Origin: Gemmatimonadales bacterium
Lineage (GTDB): Bacteria > Gemmatimonadota > Gemmatimonadetes > Gemmatimonadales > GWC2-71-9
Assembly: GCA_965249575.1 (NCBI GenBank)
Contig: OZ252244.1
Coordinates: forward strand, 3,488,001 to 3,552,000
Length of the DNA: 64,000 bases
Direction: 5' to 3'
Shown piece after piece: positions 9,733 to 18,558 of this stretch. The translations under genes and the position numbers were made by a program. Below the pieces are notes generated by a model, which saw nothing but the letters and a program-made list of their open reading frames with translations, did no database searches and was not told the origin of the DNA. How positions within the stretch are numbered: position 1 is the stretch's first letter; every line of letters begins with the position of its first letter.

Positions 9733-10173
9733 CTAGCCGAACATCGCCTCGAGCCGGTTCAAGCAGCTGGTCCAGCCCTGTTCGTGCCCGCTCTTGGCGT
9801 CGGCGCTCGGGAATTGCTCGTGGGTGATCACGACCTCCGTTGAGCCACCGAGGTCGTTGAATTCTACCGTTACCAACGTCTCTCCCACGTCGTGTTCCTC
9901 TTCCTCCCATCGCCACGTATAGGAGAGCCGGCGCGGCGGATCGATTTCGCGGTACACGCCGACGGCGTGGTACTCCACTCCTTCGGCCGATTTCATGTGA
10001 ATGAGGTAACGGCCGCCCACCGTCAGATCCACTTCCGCCGTCTGGACATTGACGCTCTCCGGTGCCGACCATTGCTTCAGTTGCTCCGGCTCGGTCCATG
10101 CACGGAACACTGTGTCGGGGTTCGCTTTTATAACGCGGGCAACCTTTAGTGAAGTGCTGGTGCTCGTGCTCAT
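9733..10173 (-). CDS. SRPBCC/AHSA1 domain protein
   Basis: VFRAWTEPEQLKQW, GVYREIDPPRRLSYTW, HEQGW. Confidence 0.9.
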   Translation of the reverse strand: MSTSTSTSLKVARVIKANPDTVFRAWTEPEQLKQWSAPESVNVQTAEVDLTVGGRYLIHMKSAEGVEYHAVGVYREIDPPRRLSYTWRWEEEEHDVGETLVTVEFNDLGGSTEVVITHEQFPSADAKSGHEQGWTSCLNRLEAMFG

Positions 10174-10520
10174 CGATCTCGTGCCTCCTTAACGGGTTTG
10201 TCTTCCGCGAGATAGTGAGAGAGGGCGTCCAGCTGCCCCTCCCAGAATTTCCGGTACCGCTCGACCCAGTCGGCTGCCTCACGCATCGGCTCGGCGTCCA
10301 GCCCGCACCTGCTCACACGACCGTCTCGGTCGCGACGCACGAGGCCCGCCCGCTCGAGAACACGCAGGTGCTTTGAGATCGCTGGTCGAGAGACGTTGAA
10401 CGGGCGGGCAAGATCTCCCACGGTCGCGTTTCCGCGCGCCAACCGGGCCAGGATGGCGCGTCGTATGGGGTCCGCCAGTGCGCCGAAGGTGCGGTTGAGC
10501 GCCGGCTTATTGGTAACCAT
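10170..10520 (-). CDS. ArsR/SmtB family transcriptional regulator
   Basis: FGALADPIRRAIL, SRPAISKHLRVLERAGLV; ATGA overlap with the SRPBCC gene; alternative GTG start at 10538. Confidence 0.9.
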   Translation of the reverse strand: MVTNKPALNRTFGALADPIRRAILARLARGNATVGDLARPFNVSRPAISKHLRVLERAGLVRRDRDGRVSRCGLDAEPMREAADWVERYRKFWEGQLDALSHYLAEDKPVKEARDR

Positions 10521-10536
10521 ATGGTTACCAATAAGC
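10505..10536. promoter_or_regulatory. Perfect 32-bp palindrome over the ArsR start codon (probable autoregulatory operator)
   Basis: gcttattggtaaccatatggttaccaataagc equals its own reverse complement; TTGACA on the minus strand at 10557-10552. Confidence 0.8.
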
Positions 10537-10666
10537 ACAAGGAACTCTGCTTGTCAAGCCTGGCTCCGTCTGGAAGCCCGGGGGCCGGTCTTCCCGACTA
10601 GCCGGTGAGCCGCCCGAGTGATACCCTGATGGCGCGCGGCCGGTGTGCTCCAGCGGGGGAGGGACC

Positions 10667-11086
10667 GTGTCGGGATGCGGCAACATCGATATCGTGCGGC
10701 AGTTGTATGGGGCGTTTGAGCGCGGCGATGTGGACGTGGTCCTGAGTCTCCTCCACGACGACATTACCTGGGATTTCCCGGGACCGCGCGAGATTCCCTA
10801 CACGGGGACGTATCAGGGCCGCGAGCGGGTGAGGGAATTCTTCGAAGAAATCGGTGCAAGTGTCAGCGCGGAGGCGTTCACCGTCGAGCGTTGCGTCGCG
10901 GATGGAGACGTCGTCGTCGCCGTCGGGCACGAGCGTATGCGCCTCAAGGCGACCGGCCGGACGTTTGAAATGCAGTGGGCGGATGTGTTCGACCTGCGTG
11001 AAGGCAAGATCGTGCGCTTCAGGGAATACACGGATACCGGCGCGATACTGAAAGCCTATCTGGATATCGGGGAGGAGCGACCATGA
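10667..11086 (+). CDS. SnoaL-like / NTF2-family protein
   Basis: NIDIVRQLYGAFERGD, GTYQGRE, GKIVRFREYTDT; GTG preceded by ggagg. Confidence 0.85.
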   Translation: MSGCGNIDIVRQLYGAFERGDVDVVLSLLHDDITWDFPGPREIPYTGTYQGRERVREFFEEIGASVSAEAFTVERCVADGDVVVAVGHERMRLKATGRTFEMQWADVFDLREGKIVRFREYTDTGAILKAYLDIGEERP

Positions 11087-12861
11087 GATCTGCAATCCCC
11101 CGCTTTGTTTCCGGGCACGTGGGGATAGGTGCGGCGGTTGCCGCCCTGGTCCTGAGTCAACCAGCCTGCCGGTCCGATAGCGACGGTGCGGTCAGCCGCT
11201 CGCGCGATTTCTCGAATCGCGTGGATTCGCTCTTCGCACCTTACGACACTACGGACAGTCCGGGCGGTGTCGTCGCGGTCCTGTTTCGAGGCGAGCTGGT
11301 GCACCTCAGGGGATATGGTGCGGCGAACCGCGAGTTCGGTATTCCGTGGGCGTCCGATACCCGCTACCGCATCGCGTCCATCACGAAGGGCTTCGTGGGA
11401 CACGCCGCTCTGCTGCTCGAAGAGCAGGGTCTGCTCAGCCTCGAAGATACGGTGCAGCAGTACTTACCCGATTTCCCCTCCTTCAGATCGCCGCTGCGGA
11501 TTCGTCATCTCCTCACGATGACTTCGGGGCTCTGGCAGGACGAGATTCTGCTTGCGCTGGCTGGTGTTACCGGGCGCGCGACCCTGAACGACATGTACGC
11601 GCTCTCCCGTCGCCAGGACGGACTGAACTTCGCGCCGGGGACCAGCTACATCTATGTCGATACGGGCTTCCGTCTCATGGCCCGTATCATCGAGGTCGTG
11701 ACCGGAAAATCCTGGCCCAACGCGATGGCGGATTTGATCTTCGAGCCGCTCGGGATGGCTTCGACCCTAGCGGCACCCGACATCGCGCAGGTGTTCGACG
11801 GACAGGGGACGACGTACGTCCGGGGGCCGGACCCTGCCGTTCCACTCCGCTTCGAGTTTCCCTTCGATACGTCGGGTGACGGATCGATCATCACGACGCT
11901 CGACGATCTCATTTTATGGCTCCAGCATCTGAAGACTGGCTTCGAGGGTGGAGAGTCGTTATTCGACCGCCTGAAGGAACCCGCGACTCTCGCCGGGATG
12001 GGTGAGATGTCCGGATACGGCTTGGGCATTAGGGGGAATCATCATCGGGGGTTACAGACGTGGGGGCACGGTGGGGCCACCGGGACCCGATGGACTTTCT
12101 ACCCGGCGCTCGACTTGTTGCTGGTCTTTTTCACCAACTACCTGGGGGAGATCTCGACGACCGAATTGGTCCGAGATATCTCCGATGCTTTCCTCGAGTC
12201 GGATCTCAATCCCGATTCGTCGATACTCTCCGCGGACAATCCAGAAAGGGAAAAGCGATTCCTCGAGGCAGCAACGCTCCCGCCGGAGGACGCAGCGATA
12301 CTGTCGGATGTCTTCGTGGAATCGAACATCGGGTACGTGCTCGCGTCTGAGCCTGGGGGCGGCCACTCGTTCAACGGGGCGGCCACCTTCCTCGAGAAGA
12401 TAGGCGAATGCGAATACCGGTCCGCGTCGTTCGTGCATTGGGTACCAATTCACGTCCGGGCGCCGGATTGCGATTCCCGGGCGGAGCCCAACCTCTTGAT
12501 CGACTACGGTGATTGGCGGCGGGCACGGCGTTTCGTCCGGGCCTCGCCGAGAGATGTAGGAACGCGCCGGGCGCGCGACTATGTCGGCCACTACTACTCT
12601 AGCCAGTTGGGAGCGCAGTGGAGTATCGAGCGGAACGGGAGCACACTTAAGCTTCGCATTGGCGCGGGCGTTGAGGAGGGGCAGAGGTTCGTACTGGAGG
12701 GTCTCGCGTGGGACGTGTTCAAGGCGATCCGCGGGCCGAGCTTGGATTACCTCGCCATCCCGCCGATGTCGCTACGATTCGTTCGGGATCGGGCGGGACG
12801 CGTCTTCCGTATGCAGGTCTCGACCGCGCGGGTGCATGGGTTGGTGTTCGAGAAGCAGTGA
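11083..12861 (+). CDS. Beta-lactamase-family serine hydrolase (probable lipoprotein) with C-terminal extension
   Basis: SxxK (SITK), HLLTMTSG, YVD at the YxN position, HGG; ATGA overlap with the upstream gene. Confidence 0.85.
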   Translation: MRSAIPRFVSGHVGIGAAVAALVLSQPACRSDSDGAVSRSRDFSNRVDSLFAPYDTTDSPGGVVAVLFRGELVHLRGYGAANREFGIPWASDTRYRIASITKGFVGHAALLLEEQGLLSLEDTVQQYLPDFPSFRSPLRIRHLLTMTSGLWQDEILLALAGVTGRATLNDMYALSRRQDGLNFAPGTSYIYVDTGFRLMARIIEVVTGKSWPNAMADLIFEPLGMASTLAAPDIAQVFDGQGTTYVRGPDPAVPLRFEFPFDTSGDGSIITTLDDLILWLQHLKTGFEGGESLFDRLKEPATLAGMGEMSGYGLGIRGNHHRGLQTWGHGGATGTRWTFYPALDLLLVFFTNYLGEISTTELVRDISDAFLESDLNPDSSILSADNPEREKRFLEAATLPPEDAAILSDVFVESNIGYVLASEPGGGHSFNGAATFLEKIGECEYRSASFVHWVPIHVRAPDCDSRAEPNLLIDYGDWRRARRFVRASPRDVGTRRARDYVGHYYSSQLGAQWSIERNGSTLKLRIGAGVEEGQRFVLEGLAWDVFKAIRGPSLDYLAIPPMSLRFVRDRAGRVFRMQVSTARVHGLVFEKQ

Positions 12862-13105
12862 GCGGTGAGTGGTGAGTGGTAGTGCGGCGATCTTGTGCGG
12901 AGGCTTCGAGCCTGCCCGCGGGGCGCTAGGCTCGTCCTTCGATCCTACGGCGTCGAGTACCTGACCCGATCGCCCAGCCCTGGAAGAGCAGGAAACCCAC
13001 GCACAACGGAGTACCGGTGGCCCCGTATTAAATCTTCTGATCACCACTATCGACTCACCTCACGCCTCCTCGCAATTCCCGGCCGATCCAGTAATTTAGA
13101 CTACG

Positions 13106-13153
13106 ATGGCCGACCAACTCGAACGCCTCAAGGCCGCCCTCGCCGACAGGTGA
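13106..13153 (+). pseudogene. N-terminal remnant of a Ser/Thr protein kinase gene
   Basis: Encodes MADQLERLKAALADR*, which matches the N-terminus I recognise from Gemmatimonadota-type Hanks kinases. Confidence 0.55.
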
Positions 13154-13279
13154 TGAGCCGGCTAGCGAGGGCGGAGATGCTCTCGTCGGGCTCGACGTCT
13201 CCGTAGCTGCTCGGAAGCCGAATGTTTGTTGGTGTAGCGAGTCGCCATCATGGGCTCCGACCGATGCCGGTTCTACGCA

Positions 13280-13567
13280 ATGACCAACGATAGACCGAAG
13301 CTGGGCCCGTGGCTCAGGAGCTACGAGAAGCGTCAGCGCACCGGTTGGCGTGAGTGGGGCCAGCGCATTCTCATCGGCTTCATCGCTGTGGTCGTATTCG
13401 CCGCCGCACTGTTCGGCGTGCTGTGGTTCTTCCTCCGATATCCGTTACAGACCTTTGGTGCGCTCCTCGCCATTTGGCTCGTGGGGTTCGTGATCTCGCT
13501 GATACTGCGCGCCCGGGCGCGGGCCCGCCGCGCACGTGGCGAGGCCCCGGCGTTTTGGAAACGGTGA
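13280..13567 (+). CDS. Small membrane protein (2 TM), hypothetical
   Basis: Two hydrophobic helices with basic flanks. Confidence 0.6.
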   Translation: MTNDRPKLGPWLRSYEKRQRTGWREWGQRILIGFIAVVVFAAALFGVLWFFLRYPLQTFGALLAIWLVGFVISLILRARARARRARGEAPAFWKR

Positions 13568-13641
13568 GGGGATCTCACCGGAGTGGCTCTCGGGGTCAGG
13601 GAGCGAGACCCCAGTCTTTAGCTAGCTGAAGTACTCGGCCC

Positions 13642-14236
13642 ACGGACACCGCACGCTACATCATCGCGCTTCTGGTGGTCGTGACCTACCCACCGGCGAT
13701 TCTCTTCTGGATTGCTGTCCATCCGTTCATCGGTTTCTGGCGACGGCTGGGCCCCGTGAAGACCTATGCGACCCTGCTTCCGTCACTGGTGGCATGCGGG
13801 TTCGCCATTGCGTCGGGTCGTGAATGGATCCTCACCGTGGAATTCGGCACCGATTACTATCTGTGGCCGGGGTGGCCGTGTTCTACGGGACGGCATTGTG
13901 GATCGAGGTGGGGTGCCGGAGGCAGCTGCGACTGAAGACGCCGTTGGTATACCGGAGGTCGCTCCTCAGCGAGAGGACGGCAAGTTGCTCACCGAGGGCG
14001 TCTACGGTCGGATGCGGCACCCACGGTACGCCGGCGCAGTGCTCGGGTTGATCGCGTACGCACTGTTCGTGAACTACCTGGCGCTCTATCTCTTGGTACC
14101 GTTGCTGAGCGCCGGTGTCTACGTCATTTCGGTGCTCGAGGAGCGGGAGCTACGAGATCGATTCGGCAAAGCCTACGTCGAGTACGCTCGAAGTGTTCCG
14201 CGGTTCATTCCTCGGGTCGGTGGCCGGTGCGCATGA
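13642..14236 (+). pseudogene. ICMT/PEMT-family methyltransferase, frameshifted twice
   Basis: Coding signal passes through three frames (YPPAILFWIAVHPF; GVAVFYGTALWIE; GIPEV...LLTEGVYGRMRHPRY...EERELRDRFG.AYVEYARSVPRFIP); ACG at the likely start. Confidence 0.75.
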
Positions 14237-14316
14237 GCAGTTCGGCCCGGTGAGCCACGCGATCGGGGCACCGTCGCGGCTGGCAGCGACTAAAGGCCGT
14301 AGTGACCATCGAGGGG

Positions 14317-15454
14317 TCAGCCGGCGAGTAGCCGCCGAGCCGTCTCCGCCACCGCGAATCCCACGTAGTTGCCGAGCGCGTATCCGAGGAGCCCGACCGC
14401 GATCCCGGGCAGCATTCTGTCGGAGTACCCCTTGGCGCTCGCGACCGCCATGGCCGCCGCGGGACCTCCAACACCCGCCTGTGACGCCACCACGAGCGTC
14501 GGAACATCCAATCGCAGGATCCGTCCGAGTCCAAAGAGCACCACTCCGTGGATGCCGACCGTGATCGCGGCGAGGTAGAAGACCGCGGGCCCGACGACGA
14601 AGATGTTCGCGATCACCGAGCTGGCACCGATGCTGGTGAGGAAAGAAGCACCAGATAGTTGCCCCACATCGGCGCACCTACCAGAGACCGGACTTGCGGT
14701 ACCTGTGCGAGTGCGAGTACCAGGGTCGTAACCCACAGGATGGACGGTACCGGCAGCACGTTCGTTGACAGCCACTCCGACAACCATACGACGCCCGTAG
14801 CGATCGCCACGAGCGCCGCGGCGTGGGCAAGGGGCATCGAGCGCCCCGTGCCCTGGAGCGCGTGCTCGAGTGTATCACCCTCCACGACTGGCTCCGCCGG
14901 CTGCGGACGGTCTGGTGCCTGCCCTCCGGCTGAAAACAGCAGCGGCATGGACAGACAGGCGGCCATCCACGTCGCCGTCACGATGACATCCGCGGCGTTG
15001 GCCGCGGTGAAGAGGTCGCTGCTGGTTCCGAAGGCCTGACCGAGCGCGGCGAAGCTGCCTCCGATGTACGTCCCCGTGAACTGACCCACCAGACGCCACG
15101 TTTCGGCGCCGATCAGTGGAGCGAACAGAATCCCACCGGTCAACGCGCCCGCTGCCGTGCCAACGGCTCCGAGCCCAAACGCGAGCGACATGCTCGGACC
15201 GGCTTTGACAATGCTCCGCACGTCGACCCCGAGGAGAATCAGGGCGACGCCGAGGCTCACCCCTCGGCCCATCATCACGTCGTAGGCCGGTGAGGTCCCT
15301 GGCAGTATCCCCAGGTCTACAGGACCAGCGACAACAGGATGGCGACCATGGCGGCCCCGAGCGAACGGAAGACGCGCCAGGTCCTCTCGAGCCGAATGGA
15401 AATGAAAACGACGGCGGCGAGCGCAAAGAAAACAGCAACGGGATCGGCAATCAT
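14317..15454 (-). pseudogene. DUF819-family membrane protein, frameshifted twice
   Basis: MIADPVAVFF.../LGILPGTSPAYD...GTYIGG...AAD/...ASQAGVGGP...GIAVGLLGYALGNY spread over three frames. Confidence 0.75.
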
Positions 15455-15621
15455 CGCCCGGTAGACTATCCGCTGCGAGTGAGGGGCACAACGGTCCGAA
15501 TTCCGCACTCGCGTCTTAGGGCGCCCGTCCGCATCTTTCGATCCGAGCTCGCGCGCTCGCGGTTTCTTAGAGTCTCCAGCGCGGTTAGCGCACACATGTA
15601 CCGGGGTGGGGTGTATCGGTC

Positions 15622-17031
15622 GTGACGGTCACCAGCGTTTCAAATGGGAGTGCGCGCCTCCAGTTTTACGGCGGGCTCGGGGCGGCGGTGACACCGCTCG
15701 TTCTCTTCACCTTGGGCGTGGTCTACGTGACCATGGCGGGCATGATCACGATGCGGGCGTACTTCGCCCCGTTGGTGATCGTCGTGGCGCTCGTCATCGT
15801 GCTGGCCAAGGACAAGAAGGCTGCGTGCGAGGCGATGCTCACGGGCGTCGCAGACCGAACGCTGGCCGTGATGATCTTCGCGTTTCTCGGCGCGGGGGTT
15901 CTGGGACAAATTCTCGTGGCGTCGGGCGTGATCAAGGCGGTGGTATGGCTCGGCTACATCGCCGGCGTTGAGGGAACGCTCTTCGTGCTGCTCGCATTTG
16001 CCGTGGCCTCAATCGTGTCCACGGCAACCGGGACGTCCACGGGGACGTGCGTGACCTGCGTGCCCATCCTGTATCCGGCAGGCGTCGTGCTTGGTGCTCA
16101 CCCCGCGCTGTTGCTCGGCGCGATCTATAGCGGCGCCCGCTTCGGTGACAATCTCGCGCCCATTTCCGACACGACCGTGGCCTCGGCGTATACGCAGGGG
16201 GCACAAGTGGGTGAGGTCGTGAGGACGCGCCTCAAGTACGCCCTGGCTGCCGCCGGTGCGTCGGTTCTTCTCTACAGTGTTTTGGGTCCGTTGTTGGGTC
16301 GGGGGGAGTTCGTCGTGGGAGGGGGCCTCTCGATGGCCGCCGAGGAGTATGCCCAGCCCCGGGCCTTGGCCATGCTCCTGGCCCCCGCGTTGACGATTTA
16401 CCTTTGCGTGAAAGGTCGCTCGCTCATCCACGCGATCTGGTACGGCATCTTGAGCGGGATGCTGATCGGCTTGGTGACCGGAAGTCTGACCGTGAGCGAA
16501 CTCTATCACCTCGATGCACCCCGCGGCGTGGGTGGTGCCATTACTGACGGAATCACCAGCATGCGCGACGTCATCTTCCTCGCCATTTTCATCATGGGTA
16601 TCCTGGGCGCGCTACGAGAAGCGGGAGCACTCGAGGTCCTTGTCACCCGGCTCATGCGGTTCGCGACAACCGTCAAGCGGGCGGAGCTAGCGATATTCTC
16701 GCTGGTCGCGGCCATGTGTCCCCTCACTGCCTCGAACACACCCGCGATGCTTTTTTGCGGTCCCGTAGTAAAGGACATCGGCGAGCGATTCGGCATTCAC
16801 CGCACGCGGCGGGCGAACCTCATGGACCTCTCCGGGAACGGGATCACGGAGAATCTGCCCCATATCAATACGATCCTGGCACTTGCGGGGGTCATGATCG
16901 CGTCGCACGATGCCACTGGTGCCCCTTTGGTTCCCATCACGACAGTGGGTCTGCTGGCGTTCCATCCCATGATGCTCACCGGGGTCGGCCTCTTTACCAT
17001 CGCCACTGGGTGGGGGGCGCGACAGGGTTGA
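15622..17031 (+). CDS. NhaC-family (Na+/H+ antiporter / amino-acid) transporter
   Basis: STATGTSTGT, GAIYSGARFGDNLAPISDTT, multiple TM helices. Confidence 0.85.
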   Translation: MTVTSVSNGSARLQFYGGLGAAVTPLVLFTLGVVYVTMAGMITMRAYFAPLVIVVALVIVLAKDKKAACEAMLTGVADRTLAVMIFAFLGAGVLGQILVASGVIKAVVWLGYIAGVEGTLFVLLAFAVASIVSTATGTSTGTCVTCVPILYPAGVVLGAHPALLLGAIYSGARFGDNLAPISDTTVASAYTQGAQVGEVVRTRLKYALAAAGASVLLYSVLGPLLGRGEFVVGGGLSMAAEEYAQPRALAMLLAPALTIYLCVKGRSLIHAIWYGILSGMLIGLVTGSLTVSELYHLDAPRGVGGAITDGITSMRDVIFLAIFIMGILGALREAGALEVLVTRLMRFATTVKRAELAIFSLVAAMCPLTASNTPAMLFCGPVVKDIGERFGIHRTRRANLMDLSGNGITENLPHINTILALAGVMIASHDATGAPLVPITTVGLLAFHPMMLTGVGLFTIATGWGARQG

Positions 17032-18329
17032 GCGCGGAGACGGATCGATTCGGCAATCCCATCGATCACACGGTCGGGTACGCCAGAGGGCGCATCCTCG
17101 CGGGATCGCACGACGAGATGCTCCGCGATGCTCACGCGCAGGCATTGATACGTGACCGAGCGAATCGCCGGGGTCCGGAAAGCGTCTACGTATTCACGGG
17201 AAGCCGGTGTGAGTTCCCCGTGCTGCCTGAGGACCTGGCGGTTCGCGTTGAGGAGTGTGTCGGGCCTGCGTTGTTCGAGGCCGACCTTCGCCGGCTGGCA
17301 ATCGAGCATTTGGGGGGACGGGGCGACGACGAGGTAGCGGTCTTCAATCGGACGTCAGCCGGGATCATCGCCGCGGAGTCGGCGCTGGCTTCCGAGGGAG
17401 AAACCATCGTTTCGTTCGTGCCGGGCGCGACGTCCCATCCATCCGTAAAGCGCGGGGCGGTGGTCGCCCGAGCCCGCTTGCGGGAAGTGTCCTCACTCGA
17501 CGACCTCGAGACCGCGCTGTCAGCGGGGGCCGTCCCGCTCGTGATCGTCACTGGGGTCACGAGTGAACTCCAAGTAATGCCGGAAGACGTTTTTAGGCGG
17601 GCCATCCAGCTCGGCAAGGCGGCGGGCTCCGTCGTTCTCGTGGACGATGCCTACGGCGCGAGAGTGCGAACCGTTCTCCACCGGCAAACGCCTGCCCTAC
17701 AGCTCGAAGCTGACATGGCGATTACCAGCAATCACAAGGCCGGGCTCGATGGGCCCAGGGCCGGGCTTCTCGCGGGGCGGCAGACTCCCGTGCGGGCAGT
17801 GCTCACAAGGGCCTTGGAGCTTGGTCAAGAGGCTCGCGCCCCGCTCGCGCTCGGTGTGCTCCGCTCCCTCGAGCGCTATCGTCCCGAGCACCTCTTGAGC
17901 GAGGTCGCGGTCGGTAAACTGCTGCACGCCGCGCTGGTCGCCCGGTTCGGTGAGGGGCGGGTGGCCGAAACGGCCATCGGACCGATCATGGAGGCGGACG
18001 ATGTGATGGCCATCGCCGCCGACGTAGCCGGAGTGGACGCGTCGACCCTGCCCGTGGTTCCCGCCGAGGCCACTGCGGGTCTGGGCATACTTTTGCTCGA
18101 GCATCACGGAATCCTCACCGTCAACGCACTGGGAGCACCCGGTGCTCGCGTTTCTCTGCGCCTGAAGGCGACGGAAGACGAGGTGGGGCGTGCGGGGGGA
18201 GCGGATGCAGTCGGACAGTCGATTCGGGATTCTATCGAGCGGTTGGCCACCGCGATCCAAAGCGAGAAGGACATGCGCAGCCTGATCCTGGGTGAGGGGG
18301 CTGCCACGGAAGCGACGCCCGGCCGATAA
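17028..18329 (+). CDS. PLP-dependent SelA-like enzyme (MJ0158/TIGR03576-like)
   Basis: FNRTSAG, SHPSV, DDAYGARVR, SNHKAGLDGPRAG (PLP Lys); TTG start overlapping the transporter stop (TTGA). Confidence 0.75.
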   Translation: MSAETDRFGNPIDHTVGYARGRILAGSHDEMLRDAHAQALIRDRANRRGPESVYVFTGSRCEFPVLPEDLAVRVEECVGPALFEADLRRLAIEHLGGRGDDEVAVFNRTSAGIIAAESALASEGETIVSFVPGATSHPSVKRGAVVARARLREVSSLDDLETALSAGAVPLVIVTGVTSELQVMPEDVFRRAIQLGKAAGSVVLVDDAYGARVRTVLHRQTPALQLEADMAITSNHKAGLDGPRAGLLAGRQTPVRAVLTRALELGQEARAPLALGVLRSLERYRPEHLLSEVAVGKLLHAALVARFGEGRVAETAIGPIMEADDVMAIAADVAGVDASTLPVVPAEATAGLGILLLEHHGILTVNALGAPGARVSLRLKATEDEVGRAGGADAVGQSIRDSIERLATAIQSEKDMRSLILGEGAATEATPGR

Positions 18330-18558
18330 GTATACGGGTACGGAGGAGGCGGCTGCGGCCCGTTCCTGGGGGGTGTGGAGCACGTGAGCGGGATCACCGC
18401 CTTTTGACGTCACCGAGCCCGACATTCATCATCTAGGATAGGCCGGCGCTGCCCGTTTCGCCGTTTGCCGTCGCCTGTCGATCGCAACGCCCAGACCGTT
18501 CGTAGAAGCATGGCTCGACCCGCGGGTCTAGCTTCCGCGGTGAGCAGGAGAATCCTCA

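Noticed and set aside
17028..18329. True selenocysteine synthase selA
   Set aside because: Motifs fit the shorter MJ0158-like group, and there is no selB/selC/selD context or in-frame UGA gene in the window
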